Positions 35,335-46,491 of a stretch of DNA of 64,000 nucleotides are shown here, piece by piece. Source of the stretch: Terracidiphilus sp. GTDB taxonomy: Bacteria > Acidobacteriota > Terriglobia > Terriglobales > Acidobacteriaceae. The translations under genes were made by a program, and so were the position numbers. The notes beneath the pieces are model-generated. The model saw nothing but the letters and a program-made list of their open reading frames with translations, searched no databases and was not told the origin of the DNA. Location: assembly GCA_035650595.1 (NCBI GenBank), contig DASRHE010000009.1, forward strand, positions 86,831-150,830. Direction: 5' to 3'. Numbering within the stretch: the first letter of the stretch is position 1; each line of letters opens with the position of its first letter.

Positions 35335-37156
35335 AGAGCGTCCCTCCTGCGGTAACCTCGTTGCGCAAGTTCGGCAACGCCTTACCCCAGCCATTCCCGG
35401 CTGTTCCGTCACGAGTGTCGAGTTGAGCTGCAACAATGGAACCGGGCCATCCTCCGATTCCCGAAAGTATGGCAATGTATTGCTTGCCGTCAGGGCCACG
35501 ATAGCTGACCGGCTGCCCGATAATCCCGGAGTCGAGCTTGGTCTGCCAAAGAATCTGCCCGGTCTTCGCATCGGCGGCCTTGAACCAGCCATCCATGGTT
35601 CCGAAGAAGACGAGACCGCCAGCGGTGGTCACTGTACCGCTCCAGATCGGATACTTATCCTTGATGCTCCATACGGGCTTCGCATGGATGGGATCCCAGG
35701 CGAGCAACTCGCCCATATTGCCGCCCGGGCCGGCATAGTACTGAACCGACGCGCCCACGTACGGAGTGCCGGCGATATAGTTCGCCTCCGTCCCCTCCTC
35801 GTCCATGCACATGTTTTCGTGCGGAATGTAGACGAGGCCTGTCTGCGGTGAGAAGGAGGCTGGCTGCCAGTCTTTTGCGCCCGGCGCCATGGGACAAATA
35901 TCCTGAATCACCTGGCCCGTGCGTGGCGTCTTGGCGGAGACGTGCTGCAACCTGCCTGTCTTTAAATCGACACCTGTTGTTGTTGTGCTCTGGACATATG
36001 GGGTTGCCGATAGAACCTGCCCTGTCGCGCGGTCAATCACATAGATATACCCATTGCGATCCGGGCGCACCAGCACCTTGCGTGTTTGCCCATTAATCGG
36101 CAGATCCAGCAGGATGTCTTCATTGATGCCGTCCCAATCGAACAGATCATGCGGCGACATCTGATAAAACCAGACTGCGTCGCCCGTATCTGGATCACGG
36201 GCGAACATTCCCGAGGTCCACTTGTTATCTCCTGGCCGTACCTCAGCGTTCCACGGTCCGGGATTGGCGGTGCCGTAATACACGAGATTGAGCGCCGGAT
36301 CGTAAGCGAGAAATCCCCAGACGGTTCCTCCGCCTATCTGCCATGCACCGGGCGGCCAACTCTTCACTCCCAGGTCTGTACCTTGGTCGCTTGCATAGAA
36401 CGGCTTGAAACGCGGTCCGATCAATACGTCTTTATCCGGACCGGTATTAAATGCCTTCCACTGTACCTTTCCGGAGCCGGTATCGAGCGAAGCCAGCCAG
36501 CCGCGTACGCCGAACTCCCCGCCAGAGTTGCCGACCAGAACGTGGTTCTTCACGACCATCGGCGCCATCGTGATGGTCTCGCCCTTGGTAATGTCCGCCA
36601 GGTGAGTTCGCCAGAGCAGTTTGCCCGAGTTTGCATCGAGAGCGATCGTGTACCCGTCGAGGGTATTGAAGAAGACTTTGCCGCTGTCGTAAGCCGCTCC
36701 ACGCGAGACCCAATCGCAGCAGGCCTCTCCTTTGGCGGCAGGCGAGGGATTCGGTTCATACTTCCATTTGAGCGGAGCGCCAGGCTTGGTCAGATCAAGA
36801 GCGTAGAGGACGTTTGGCCAAGGCGTCGCGATATACATCGTTCCATTCGCGACGATGGGAGCAGCCTCCTGACCGTGATCGACACCCGTCGAGAAGGTGA
36901 AGGCCGTCTTCAGCTGGGCCACATTTGTTTGGTTGATCTGATCGAGAGAGCTAAAACGCGTGTTCGCGAAATCTTTAGTCGCGCGAATCCACTGGCCATC
37001 ATCCTTTTCCAGTTGACCGTCATACTGCCGGATTGATCCGCCCAGCTCTGGTGCAGGTGCACCCTGATGCGTCTGATGGCATCCCGCCAATAGAAGAGAG
37101 AGGATCGTCGAGCACGCGGAGAAGCATCCAACCCAAGACGGTCTGCGCTGATACAT
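35315..37156 (-). CDS. xoxF: PQQ-dependent methanol/ethanol-family dehydrogenase, XoxF-like (predicted lanthanide-dependent), lipoprotein
   Basis: Vicinal Cys pair (GEACCDWVSRG), GGEFGVRG (Glu ligand), GTANPGPWN (Asn ligand) and PHDLFDWDG. The last aligns to MxaF PHDEWDYAG, so the catalytic Asp is followed at +2 by Asp (DWD, codons 36131-36139) rather than Ala. Lipobox LLLAGC at residues 22-26. Confidence 0.8.
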   Translation of the reverse strand: MYQRRPSWVGCFSACSTILSLLLAGCHQTHQGAPAPELGGSIRQYDGQLEKDDGQWIRATKDFANTRFSSLDQINQTNVAQLKTAFTFSTGVDHGQEAAPIVANGTMYIATPWPNVLYALDLTKPGAPLKWKYEPNPSPAAKGEACCDWVSRGAAYDSGKVFFNTLDGYTIALDANSGKLLWRTHLADITKGETITMAPMVVKNHVLVGNSGGEFGVRGWLASLDTGSGKVQWKAFNTGPDKDVLIGPRFKPFYASDQGTDLGVKSWPPGAWQIGGGTVWGFLAYDPALNLVYYGTANPGPWNAEVRPGDNKWTSGMFARDPDTGDAVWFYQMSPHDLFDWDGINEDILLDLPINGQTRKVLVRPDRNGYIYVIDRATGQVLSATPYVQSTTTTGVDLKTGRLQHVSAKTPRTGQVIQDICPMAPGAKDWQPASFSPQTGLVYIPHENMCMDEEGTEANYIAGTPYVGASVQYYAGPGGNMGELLAWDPIHAKPVWSIKDKYPIWSGTVTTAGGLVFFGTMDGWFKAADAKTGQILWQTKLDSGIIGQPVSYRGPDGKQYIAILSGIGGWPGSIVAAQLDTRDGTAGNGWGKALPNLRNEVTAGGTLYVFSLP

Positions 37157-37334
37157 ATGAGCACTGAGCTGACTTGCACATTTCGGAGGCCCGGTTGCGC
37201 GATATCAACTGAATTGTGCAGTAAAGAAACCTGCATCACTTCGACACATAAAACGTAGATGGTAACTCGCTGCATCGAAGTTGCTTGCAGCCGATGGGCC
37301 GCAACAAGGACTAGGGAAAACCCTGGGAGGACAA

Positions 37335-38333
37335 ATGGCCGAGACTATTCACGACCGCATGAATCGCTATATCCAAGACACTATCTCTGCAGAGAGAAAC
37401 TTCGAACACGCCCTCAGTACATTTGGTGATTCAGGAGTACAGGAGCCAGTTCAACAACTGCTGTCGTCTTTCTCTGCGAAGGCCAAGACACAGCATCAAC
37501 GTCTCACAGCTCTTTTGGAACGCCGCGGAGGATCGCCTTCGGAAGCCAAGACGATCCTTGCGCAATTTCTCGCGTTCACGCCATTGACGGCACAAGTCGG
37601 CCAGGGCGCAGCGGAGAAGAACACGCAACACCTCATGATCACCTTCGCAGCGGCGGCGGCTGAGATGGCGATGTACGAGTCACTCGCTTCCGCTGCGGAA
37701 GCAGCCGGCGAAGCGGAAGTCGCTGAGCTTGCCCGCACGCTGCAAAAAGAAGAGCGTGACGATTACGAACAGGTTTGGGATTTGTTGTGTGGCAGCGCCG
37801 CAGATGCCTTCGCAGCAGAACTCGCGAAAGGCAATGATGGGCGACAACGGATCAACACTTATCTCACGGATGCGATCGCCGCTGAAAAGAGCTTCGAAAG
37901 CCAATTAAACGGCTTTGCTAAAGAAACGGAAGCTTCCCAGGCGGCCGCACTCTTTGAGCGGCATGCAATCGAAACGCGCAATCAATATGAGAAGTTGACG
38001 GCCCGGCTGACCGAGCTCAACGCATCCCCTTCTTCGACCAAAACCTTTCTTGCGCATCTATTCAACATGGCGCCGAAAATTGCGCAGATCGGCCACGATG
38101 AAAGTGAGCGCCTTACACAAGATCTCATGATGGCGTACGCGGTTGAAAACGCAGAAGTCGCAATGTACGAGTCACTAGCTGTGACCGCAAGATCGATCGG
38201 CGATTCCGTCACCGAAGAGCTAGTGAGGGCGATTCAACAGCAGGAAAGAGACACTGCGCAAAAGGTCTGGGCAGAGATTGCTCCCGCCGCGCGGAAGGCC
38301 ATCAAGCAAATCCAGTTGTTGAAAGCTTCTTAG
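37335..38333 (+). CDS. ferritin-like DUF892 (YciE/YciF-type) protein, tandem duplication
   Basis: Two internally similar halves (...ISAERNFEHAL...AEMAMYESLASAA...QKEERDDYEQVW and ...IAAEKSFESQL...AEVAMYESLAVTA...QQQERDTAQKVW). GGAGG lies upstream of the ATG at 37335. Confidence 0.7.
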   Translation: MAETIHDRMNRYIQDTISAERNFEHALSTFGDSGVQEPVQQLLSSFSAKAKTQHQRLTALLERRGGSPSEAKTILAQFLAFTPLTAQVGQGAAEKNTQHLMITFAAAAAEMAMYESLASAAEAAGEAEVAELARTLQKEERDDYEQVWDLLCGSAADAFAAELAKGNDGRQRINTYLTDAIAAEKSFESQLNGFAKETEASQAAALFERHAIETRNQYEKLTARLTELNASPSSTKTFLAHLFNMAPKIAQIGHDESERLTQDLMMAYAVENAEVAMYESLAVTARSIGDSVTEELVRAIQQQERDTAQKVWAEIAPAARKAIKQIQLLKAS

Positions 38334-38368
38334 CAGAGCGCGCGTCACTAAGTATGCTGTTGATTGAA

Positions 38369-38444
38369 TGGTGGACGCGGTAGGAATCGAACCTACAACC
38401 TGTCGGTTAAGAGCCGAATGCTCTGCCAGTTGAGCTACGCGTCC
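38369..38444 (-). tRNA. tRNA-Lys (CUU), CCA encoded
   Basis: The reverse complement is GGACGCGTAGCTCAACTGGCAGAGCATTCGGCTCTTAACCGACAGGTTGTAGGTTCGATTCCTACCGCGTCCACCA. It folds as a cloverleaf with anticodon loop CU-CUU-AA and T-arm GUAGG-UUCGAUU-CCUAC. Confidence 0.9.
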
Positions 38445-38709
38445 AGAGGGTTGGAGAAACCGCATCGAAGGGGATTGCGGCGGTTTCTGCGGGCAGAAAC
38501 TCCTGCCGCACTTAAAAATATAGCATATCCGGCGGAGGGAATCGAATCCCGTTCTGGCAGCGAGATTGGCGGTCTTCTTTGCTTCCAACTGCACAAAGAA
38601 CCGCAGATCCTTCGGCTCCTTCCGTCCGGTACGGCGGACTCTGGCCGCTCTGGACGATAACGCAAAAGCCTGGAACCTTACCCTTGTCGCCTCGCCTGTT
38701 TTCCGCAGT

Positions 38710-41046
<2,337 letters not shown>

Positions 41047-41069
41047 GATTCGTGACTCGTCATCCACTG

Positions 41070-41906
41070 CTAGTGCCGACGATACGTCCCTTTACCCCAG
41101 GGGATAATCACGGAGACTGTGCAGTCCTTGGTTGAGATCGTGTCGTTGAGCGTGCCGGTCTCTTTGCCGACAACGTACGGCAGCTCGACAAACTGCAAAT
41201 GGCCGCTTGCATCCACGGTTTGCTTGCTCTTTCTGGGCTCGCCCGCGGAGATGCCTTGCACCAGAACACTCGAATCCGGCGGAAAACCATCGCCCTCGAT
41301 CAGAATGGCCTCGCCGTCGGGCTCGGCGAGCAGGGCTGACAGCTTGCATCCTCTATCCGTGGATTCAATCGGGAATGGAACCAGCGTGCCAGGCACGAGG
41401 ACTTTATTGTCCTGACTCCTGAGGACAAAGCGTAGCGGCTCGCCATCAGCGGCCTGCACGCCCAAATCATATTCGGCGTCTTCGCCAACGGTCTCGCGAT
41501 CCTCTTCGTCAGGATTCGGCTTGCGCGTGAGGAGCAGGCCTTTACGGTTCACATACACGTTGCTCGAGAGCACGTTGAGATCTTTGAGATCCGCGCCTAT
41601 ACTCCAGGCGGCGAGGATGTAGGGTTGTCCTTCGGGCACGCCTGCCGTGTAAATGCGATAGCGCGTGAAATGGCCCTCCGTGCGCGTAACTTCATCCAGT
41701 TTTGAAAACCGCAGGCGCGGGCCGCGAGGATGGTTGAAACCGTTGTCCCACACGACCTGCGTATTGAGCATCTGCACGATCTTCTGCGGCAATGGATCGC
41801 TGGAGTTTGTTGAAGCCGTCGCTGCCGGCGGCGCCTGGCCGTATGAAACCGCGCAAAGCGCGATGAAGAGCGCATTGAAGATGCTAAACCGCACCAGGCC
41901 GGGCAT
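41070..41906 (-). CDS. hypothetical secreted protein
   Basis: The ATG at 41906 gives the signal peptide MPGLVRFSIFNALFIALCAVSYGQ. It lies immediately downstream of the TonB-dependent receptor gene on the same strand. No family recognised. Confidence 0.5.
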   Translation of the reverse strand: MPGLVRFSIFNALFIALCAVSYGQAPPAATASTNSSDPLPQKIVQMLNTQVVWDNGFNHPRGPRLRFSKLDEVTRTEGHFTRYRIYTAGVPEGQPYILAAWSIGADLKDLNVLSSNVYVNRKGLLLTRKPNPDEEDRETVGEDAEYDLGVQAADGEPLRFVLRSQDNKVLVPGTLVPFPIESTDRGCKLSALLAEPDGEAILIEGDGFPPDSSVLVQGISAGEPRKSKQTVDASGHLQFVELPYVVGKETGTLNDTISTKDCTVSVIIPWGKGTYRRH

Positions 41907-41961
41907 GCGCACATTATGGGCTATCGCCCGGCCTGGTCGCAATGAACGCCATAAACTGCGG

Positions 41962-44712
41962 TCAGAAATTGAGTGTAAGTTTCGCCGTCATCGTGCGCGG
42001 CGTTACGTAGTGCGTACCGCTGAACGTCGAAAGAAAGTTATAGAGCGCGTATTTGTTGGTTACATTGATCGCCGTCAGGTCCAGATCGAGTTTGTAGTGA
42101 TCGGCGTGGAAGAGATTGTTCTTGCCAACCGAAGCATCGAACAGGTTGCGCGGTGCGATCCTGCCAGGATTGCGATCGTTGTTGCCGGTCCCCGCGGCCG
42201 GAATCTTCACCAGTTTCGAGGTGTACTGCGAGGCGAGGCAGGCGGAGGGTAACGCTGTCGTCGGCGTTGCCGCTTGGCCATTGCACTCCAGTCCCGCCTG
42301 GAACTCTTCATCCGCCGTCAGTCCACTCAGGTCAACAGCCGGCTGGCCACCGATTGTGGTCGAGGTCGGATCGCATGCGCTGTTGGGATCATTCGAGAGC
42401 GGGTTGTAGCATGGCACTGAACCCGCTACCTGCCCCGAGTCGTAGCGCCAGTTGAAGCCTCCCCACACCCCGTTCATCCATTTGCCGCGCATGTAGGTGT
42501 ATTGCACGTGCGCGTTCTGGTTGAACCGCTCGTCGTGATCGATACGAAACGGATAGTTGATTCCCTGCGCAACCGTAGCGCCCGCACCGGCGACCTGCGG
42601 CGGAAAGAACCGCGCCGCCACGGAGGACATCACCGTGTACGCGCTGAAGTTGTGGAAGTTCGGCACCTCTACATGCAGCGCGAAGCCAGGGATCTTGGAG
42701 TTATGCCAGTCAATGGGGAAGGTAATGGGCGTGTTGCCGAGCACGCTGAAGTCGAAGGCATTATGGGTGTACTTCCAGATGTACTCGCCGCTCAGGACCA
42801 GATTCTTGCCGAAGCCCTGCTGCAGGCTGGCGTGAAATTCGTTGCGATAGCCGGGCGCCATCGTGGTGGAAACACCGGACGTGCAATTGAGCAGCGGCGC
42901 AAGCACGCCGTTGCCGCAACCCTGGCTCGAGAGCACCAGGTTCTCGTTGAAGGGAGTCTCCAGCGTGCGCGCATATGAGATGCCGAGCACCGTTCCGGTC
43001 GGCTTGATGTTATAGGCCACGCCGAGGCGCGGCTCGGTCTGGTTGGCATCAGTGAGTCCGTTGTAGACGTCCTCGCGTAGGCCGAGGTTGAAATCCCAGT
43101 TGCCGGTCTTGATCTCATCTTCTGCGAACAGAGCCAGTTCCTTGACGTCTGTGCGTCCGAGATACGCGTAGTACACGCCGCCGCGGGTCAGATCATAAGG
43201 CGCAAGCACGGGCAGATAATTCGGATTCGCGCTCAAACCACGCGGGGCGCAATTGGCTGGATTGCTGTAGCCTGCCACCGGGCCATTCGCATTCGCGCAA
43301 GGCGCATTCAGATAGGCGTCGACGAGCCCGAGAGCATCGCTTTCACGCAGAAAGGTCTGGCTGTACTGCGCGCCGATCTTGATGTTGTTGATCCCCTTGT
43401 CATACGAAAAATCCGAATGAATTCCGGTGTTCAGCAATGACCGGATCTGTTTGATCGATGAGGTCTGCAGGTTTGCCGGTCCAAGATCAGCCAGAGGATT
43501 GTTGCTGGGAAAGTAGTTATAGATGTCCTTGCGTGCGAAGGCGCCCACATTCAAGACCGCATTAGTGCTGATGACACGCGTATACGTCGGCGCGATGTTA
43601 AACGTGCCGATCTTCGAGCGTTGATCCGTGTCGCCCGCAACGCCGAAGACCGGGTTCGCGCTCGTTCCGCCGCTCACAATATTCTGCACATTCAGATTGT
43701 CGAAGGCATTTGGGTTCTGGAACCAGGAGCGGCTGTAGTTCAGGTCGAGATGCATCGAATCAGCCTGCGTGAAGCTGTAATCGATGCGGTCAAAGAAGTT
43801 CTCCTCGTTGCCCCTGTCGTGCATGACGGCAAACTCAGGCGCATCGAGAAAGCGTCCGGTATTCAGTCCGTCGGCTTCGATGAAGTTGCCCCAGCTTTTG
43901 CCGCCGTAGGACAAATCAAAGCTTCCGGTGGCAGACCCAAAGCTTCCATAAGAGGCGCTGACGCTGCCCGTCGGCTTGGTCACGCCCTGCCCGCTGCGCG
44001 TGGTGGCGACGATCACCAGGCTTGTCTTGTCACCGTACTCGGCCGGGGGCGCGCCGCTGATCACCTCGATCGACTGGATCGAGTTGGATGGAATCTGATT
44101 CGAGAAAACCTTGCTCTGCTGATCGGTAATCGACTGGCCGTCGACCGAAAACGAATTGGAAGCGTGATCGCCGAGGCCATGGAAGAGCCCATTCGAGTCG
44201 GCCGAGACACCTGGCACGGTCTGCGTCACGAGCGCGCTCAGGCCGGAGGACTGGCTTTCAAGCGGGACCTTCGAGAACATGTCGCGATCGACATCCGTGT
44301 GATAGGTCGAGGTGTCCTCGACCTGCGGACCCGCAGATTCAACAGTTACCGTCTGGCTCGCGCCTGCAACCTGAAGCACCAGGTTCAGATTCGTCTCTAC
44401 CGTTGAACGAATTTCCAGGTTCTCGCTAGCCGATGCGAAGCCGCTGGCGGAGACGCTAATGCGGTATGGGTTGAACGGGATATTGGTAAGGGAGAACTGG
44501 CCTGTTGCGTCGGTTGTGGCAGCGCGGCTGAACCCGCTCAACTGGTTGATGAGCGTCACGTTGGCATTGGGAATCACCGCGCCGGACGGATCGGTCACGG
44601 TGCCATGAATAGAGCCGGCGTTCCCGCCCTGCGCTGCCTGTATCGGCAGCGCGGCGAACGCACCAAGTAGAAGGGGAAGCGTGAATAACTTTGCGCCGCG
44701 AAGGAACGGCAT
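41962..44712 (-). CDS. TonB-dependent receptor with carboxypeptidase-regulatory-like N-terminal domain
   Basis: Signal peptide, then IHGTVTDPSGAVIPNANVTLINQLSGFSRAATTDATGQFSLTNIPFNPYRISV, a plug, a barrel and a C-terminal ...AKLTLNF. AGGAG lies upstream of the ATG. Confidence 0.8.
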   Translation of the reverse strand: MPFLRGAKLFTLPLLLGAFAALPIQAAQGGNAGSIHGTVTDPSGAVIPNANVTLINQLSGFSRAATTDATGQFSLTNIPFNPYRISVSASGFASASENLEIRSTVETNLNLVLQVAGASQTVTVESAGPQVEDTSTYHTDVDRDMFSKVPLESQSSGLSALVTQTVPGVSADSNGLFHGLGDHASNSFSVDGQSITDQQSKVFSNQIPSNSIQSIEVISGAPPAEYGDKTSLVIVATTRSGQGVTKPTGSVSASYGSFGSATGSFDLSYGGKSWGNFIEADGLNTGRFLDAPEFAVMHDRGNEENFFDRIDYSFTQADSMHLDLNYSRSWFQNPNAFDNLNVQNIVSGGTSANPVFGVAGDTDQRSKIGTFNIAPTYTRVISTNAVLNVGAFARKDIYNYFPSNNPLADLGPANLQTSSIKQIRSLLNTGIHSDFSYDKGINNIKIGAQYSQTFLRESDALGLVDAYLNAPCANANGPVAGYSNPANCAPRGLSANPNYLPVLAPYDLTRGGVYYAYLGRTDVKELALFAEDEIKTGNWDFNLGLREDVYNGLTDANQTEPRLGVAYNIKPTGTVLGISYARTLETPFNENLVLSSQGCGNGVLAPLLNCTSGVSTTMAPGYRNEFHASLQQGFGKNLVLSGEYIWKYTHNAFDFSVLGNTPITFPIDWHNSKIPGFALHVEVPNFHNFSAYTVMSSVAARFFPPQVAGAGATVAQGINYPFRIDHDERFNQNAHVQYTYMRGKWMNGVWGGFNWRYDSGQVAGSVPCYNPLSNDPNSACDPTSTTIGGQPAVDLSGLTADEEFQAGLECNGQAATPTTALPSACLASQYTSKLVKIPAAGTGNNDRNPGRIAPRNLFDASVGKNNLFHADHYKLDLDLTAINVTNKYALYNFLSTFSGTHYVTPRTMTAKLTLNF

Positions 44713-44895
44713 AGAACGTCTCCTAAAAAGGGCTGGATGCGGTGGGTTGCCGCGGTACGCATCCGGCGGCAGTTTCTATGCATGGAAGACTTCCTCCCTT
44801 CCCGAGAGCCTGTGGAACTGCACTGAAATCGCGCAGATTCGATCAACAGAAGAGGGAAACCGGAATCAGGCTGACGGAAGGAATTGAAGGAAGGC

Positions 44896-45210
44896 CTAGC
44901 AGCCAAATGGAGGTGGACGAATAAAGAGCCGTGCGTACCGCCTCTGCAGCATCGACACGGGCTCGGCCGGAGAGATCGAGGTCCCCACCTGCACCAGAAT
45001 CACGGCTACAACGGCAAGCGAGACGGGAGCCGTTGAATGCATGACGACGCATAGCGGGCAGTGGTCTGCATCTGTTTGCGTTGCATGCAGATGCGGCACC
45101 TGTACCACGGCCAGAAGCGCAAGTACAACCACGCACACGATAGCCAAAAGCGCCCAGGAAAGTACGCCTGCGCGGCCTCGCGTGCCGAAGTGTGGTCTGC
45201 TACCGGTCAA
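44896..45210 (-). CDS. small hypothetical membrane protein with H-x-H...D-H-C-P-L-C motif
   Basis: ORF directly upstream of and co-directional with the TonB receptor. It has two hydrophobic segments flanking VPHLHATQTDADHCPLCVVMH. The TTG start makes the gene call tentative. Confidence 0.4.
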   Translation of the reverse strand: MTGSRPHFGTRGRAGVLSWALLAIVCVVVLALLAVVQVPHLHATQTDADHCPLCVVMHSTAPVSLAVVAVILVQVGTSISPAEPVSMLQRRYARLFIRPPPFGC

Positions 45211-45369
45211 AAAATCGGCCCCTAACTAACCAGCATACACACCTCTTGGACGTTCGGGTCCCGGTGGAGGTTTCACTCCATTCAGACCGAAACCCGGATT
45301 AGCCGCCGCTCAGACGGCGTTCCAGATGGCCAACGCCGGCAAATCCTGTTCGTCTAAACTTAGGTTGCC

Positions 45370-46452
45370 ATGGTGCATATCTTCCATCTGCGGTTCCTGC
45401 TGCCGGCATCCCTGGGCCTTGCCATGCTTGTGGCCACAGAAACTCCGGCGCTGCAGGCCCAGACCAGCCAGAGCAGTCCAAAACAAAGCTCCACGCCACT
45501 GCCTCTCAAGCCGGATCAGCCGGGGACGAACAAGAATCATCGCCTGATTCTGAAGGATGGCTCTTATCAACTCGTGCGCCAGTACCAGATCGTTGGTGAC
45601 CGGGTGCGCTACCTCTCCCAGGAACGCGATGAATGGGAAGAGCTGCCAGCTGACTTTGTGGACTGGGATGCCACGCGCAGGTGGGAACGCGATCACGCGG
45701 AGCTGGCGGCCGACCAGCCGTCGCCCGCGATGAAAGAAGCCGCGGACATCGACAAGGAAGAGGCGGCCGAGCGCAATGAAGAAAAGGCGCGCATGCCAGA
45801 AGTAGCCAAAGGGCTCGAACTGCCGGATGAGGAAGGCGTCTTTGTACTCGACACATTTCAGGGAACGCCGGAACTGGTTGAGCTTCCCCCAAAAGATGTC
45901 GATGTCGATGCAAAAACGCATCGCGGCTTGGCTATTCTGAATCCGCTGGCCGTTCAGAAAGCGCACCTGGAACTTTCAGGGAGACACGCGAAGGTGCACC
46001 TGCATGTGAACGATCCAGCGTTTTATGTTTCGCTCGGAGTTACGGATCAGACCGAGCCTGTGCTCTCCCATCCCATGACGGTGGACACGAGCACCGCGAA
46101 AGACGTGACGAACGGCAAACATGGAGCTCACTCGCTTCAATCAGGATTCGTGGTGGTCCGCCTCGATCAGCGCCAGGCGGTACGTGTTTTGGGAGCCATT
46201 CAAGTGACGCCGAATGGAGCGGTTGCGCAGGATGCAGACGTCATCCCGGTCGATACGGAACCGATGCCCGGCAAGCACTGGCTGAAGCTGCAGACAAAGC
46301 AGAAGCTCGTGATTGGCGGCGAGTATGCGTTGGTTGAAATTATCTCGCCGACAGAAATCAGCACGATGGTGTGGGATTTCCGCGTCGATCCCACCGAGGG
46401 GGACAACCCGGGGTCGCTCGCGCCCATCCTGAAGCAAACGAGCGAGCGGTAG
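45370..46452 (+). CDS. hypothetical secreted protein
   Basis: ATG start and signal peptide MVHIFHLRFLLPASLGLAMLVATETPALQA. No family recognised. The antisense track ORF 45310..45966 is judged a shadow ORF. Confidence 0.55.
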   Translation: MVHIFHLRFLLPASLGLAMLVATETPALQAQTSQSSPKQSSTPLPLKPDQPGTNKNHRLILKDGSYQLVRQYQIVGDRVRYLSQERDEWEELPADFVDWDATRRWERDHAELAADQPSPAMKEAADIDKEEAAERNEEKARMPEVAKGLELPDEEGVFVLDTFQGTPELVELPPKDVDVDAKTHRGLAILNPLAVQKAHLELSGRHAKVHLHVNDPAFYVSLGVTDQTEPVLSHPMTVDTSTAKDVTNGKHGAHSLQSGFVVVRLDQRQAVRVLGAIQVTPNGAVAQDADVIPVDTEPMPGKHWLKLQTKQKLVIGGEYALVEIISPTEISTMVWDFRVDPTEGDNPGSLAPILKQTSER

Positions 46453-46491
46453 CCACTCGCCCAGTTCTCACCGAAAAAATCCGAAAGATTC

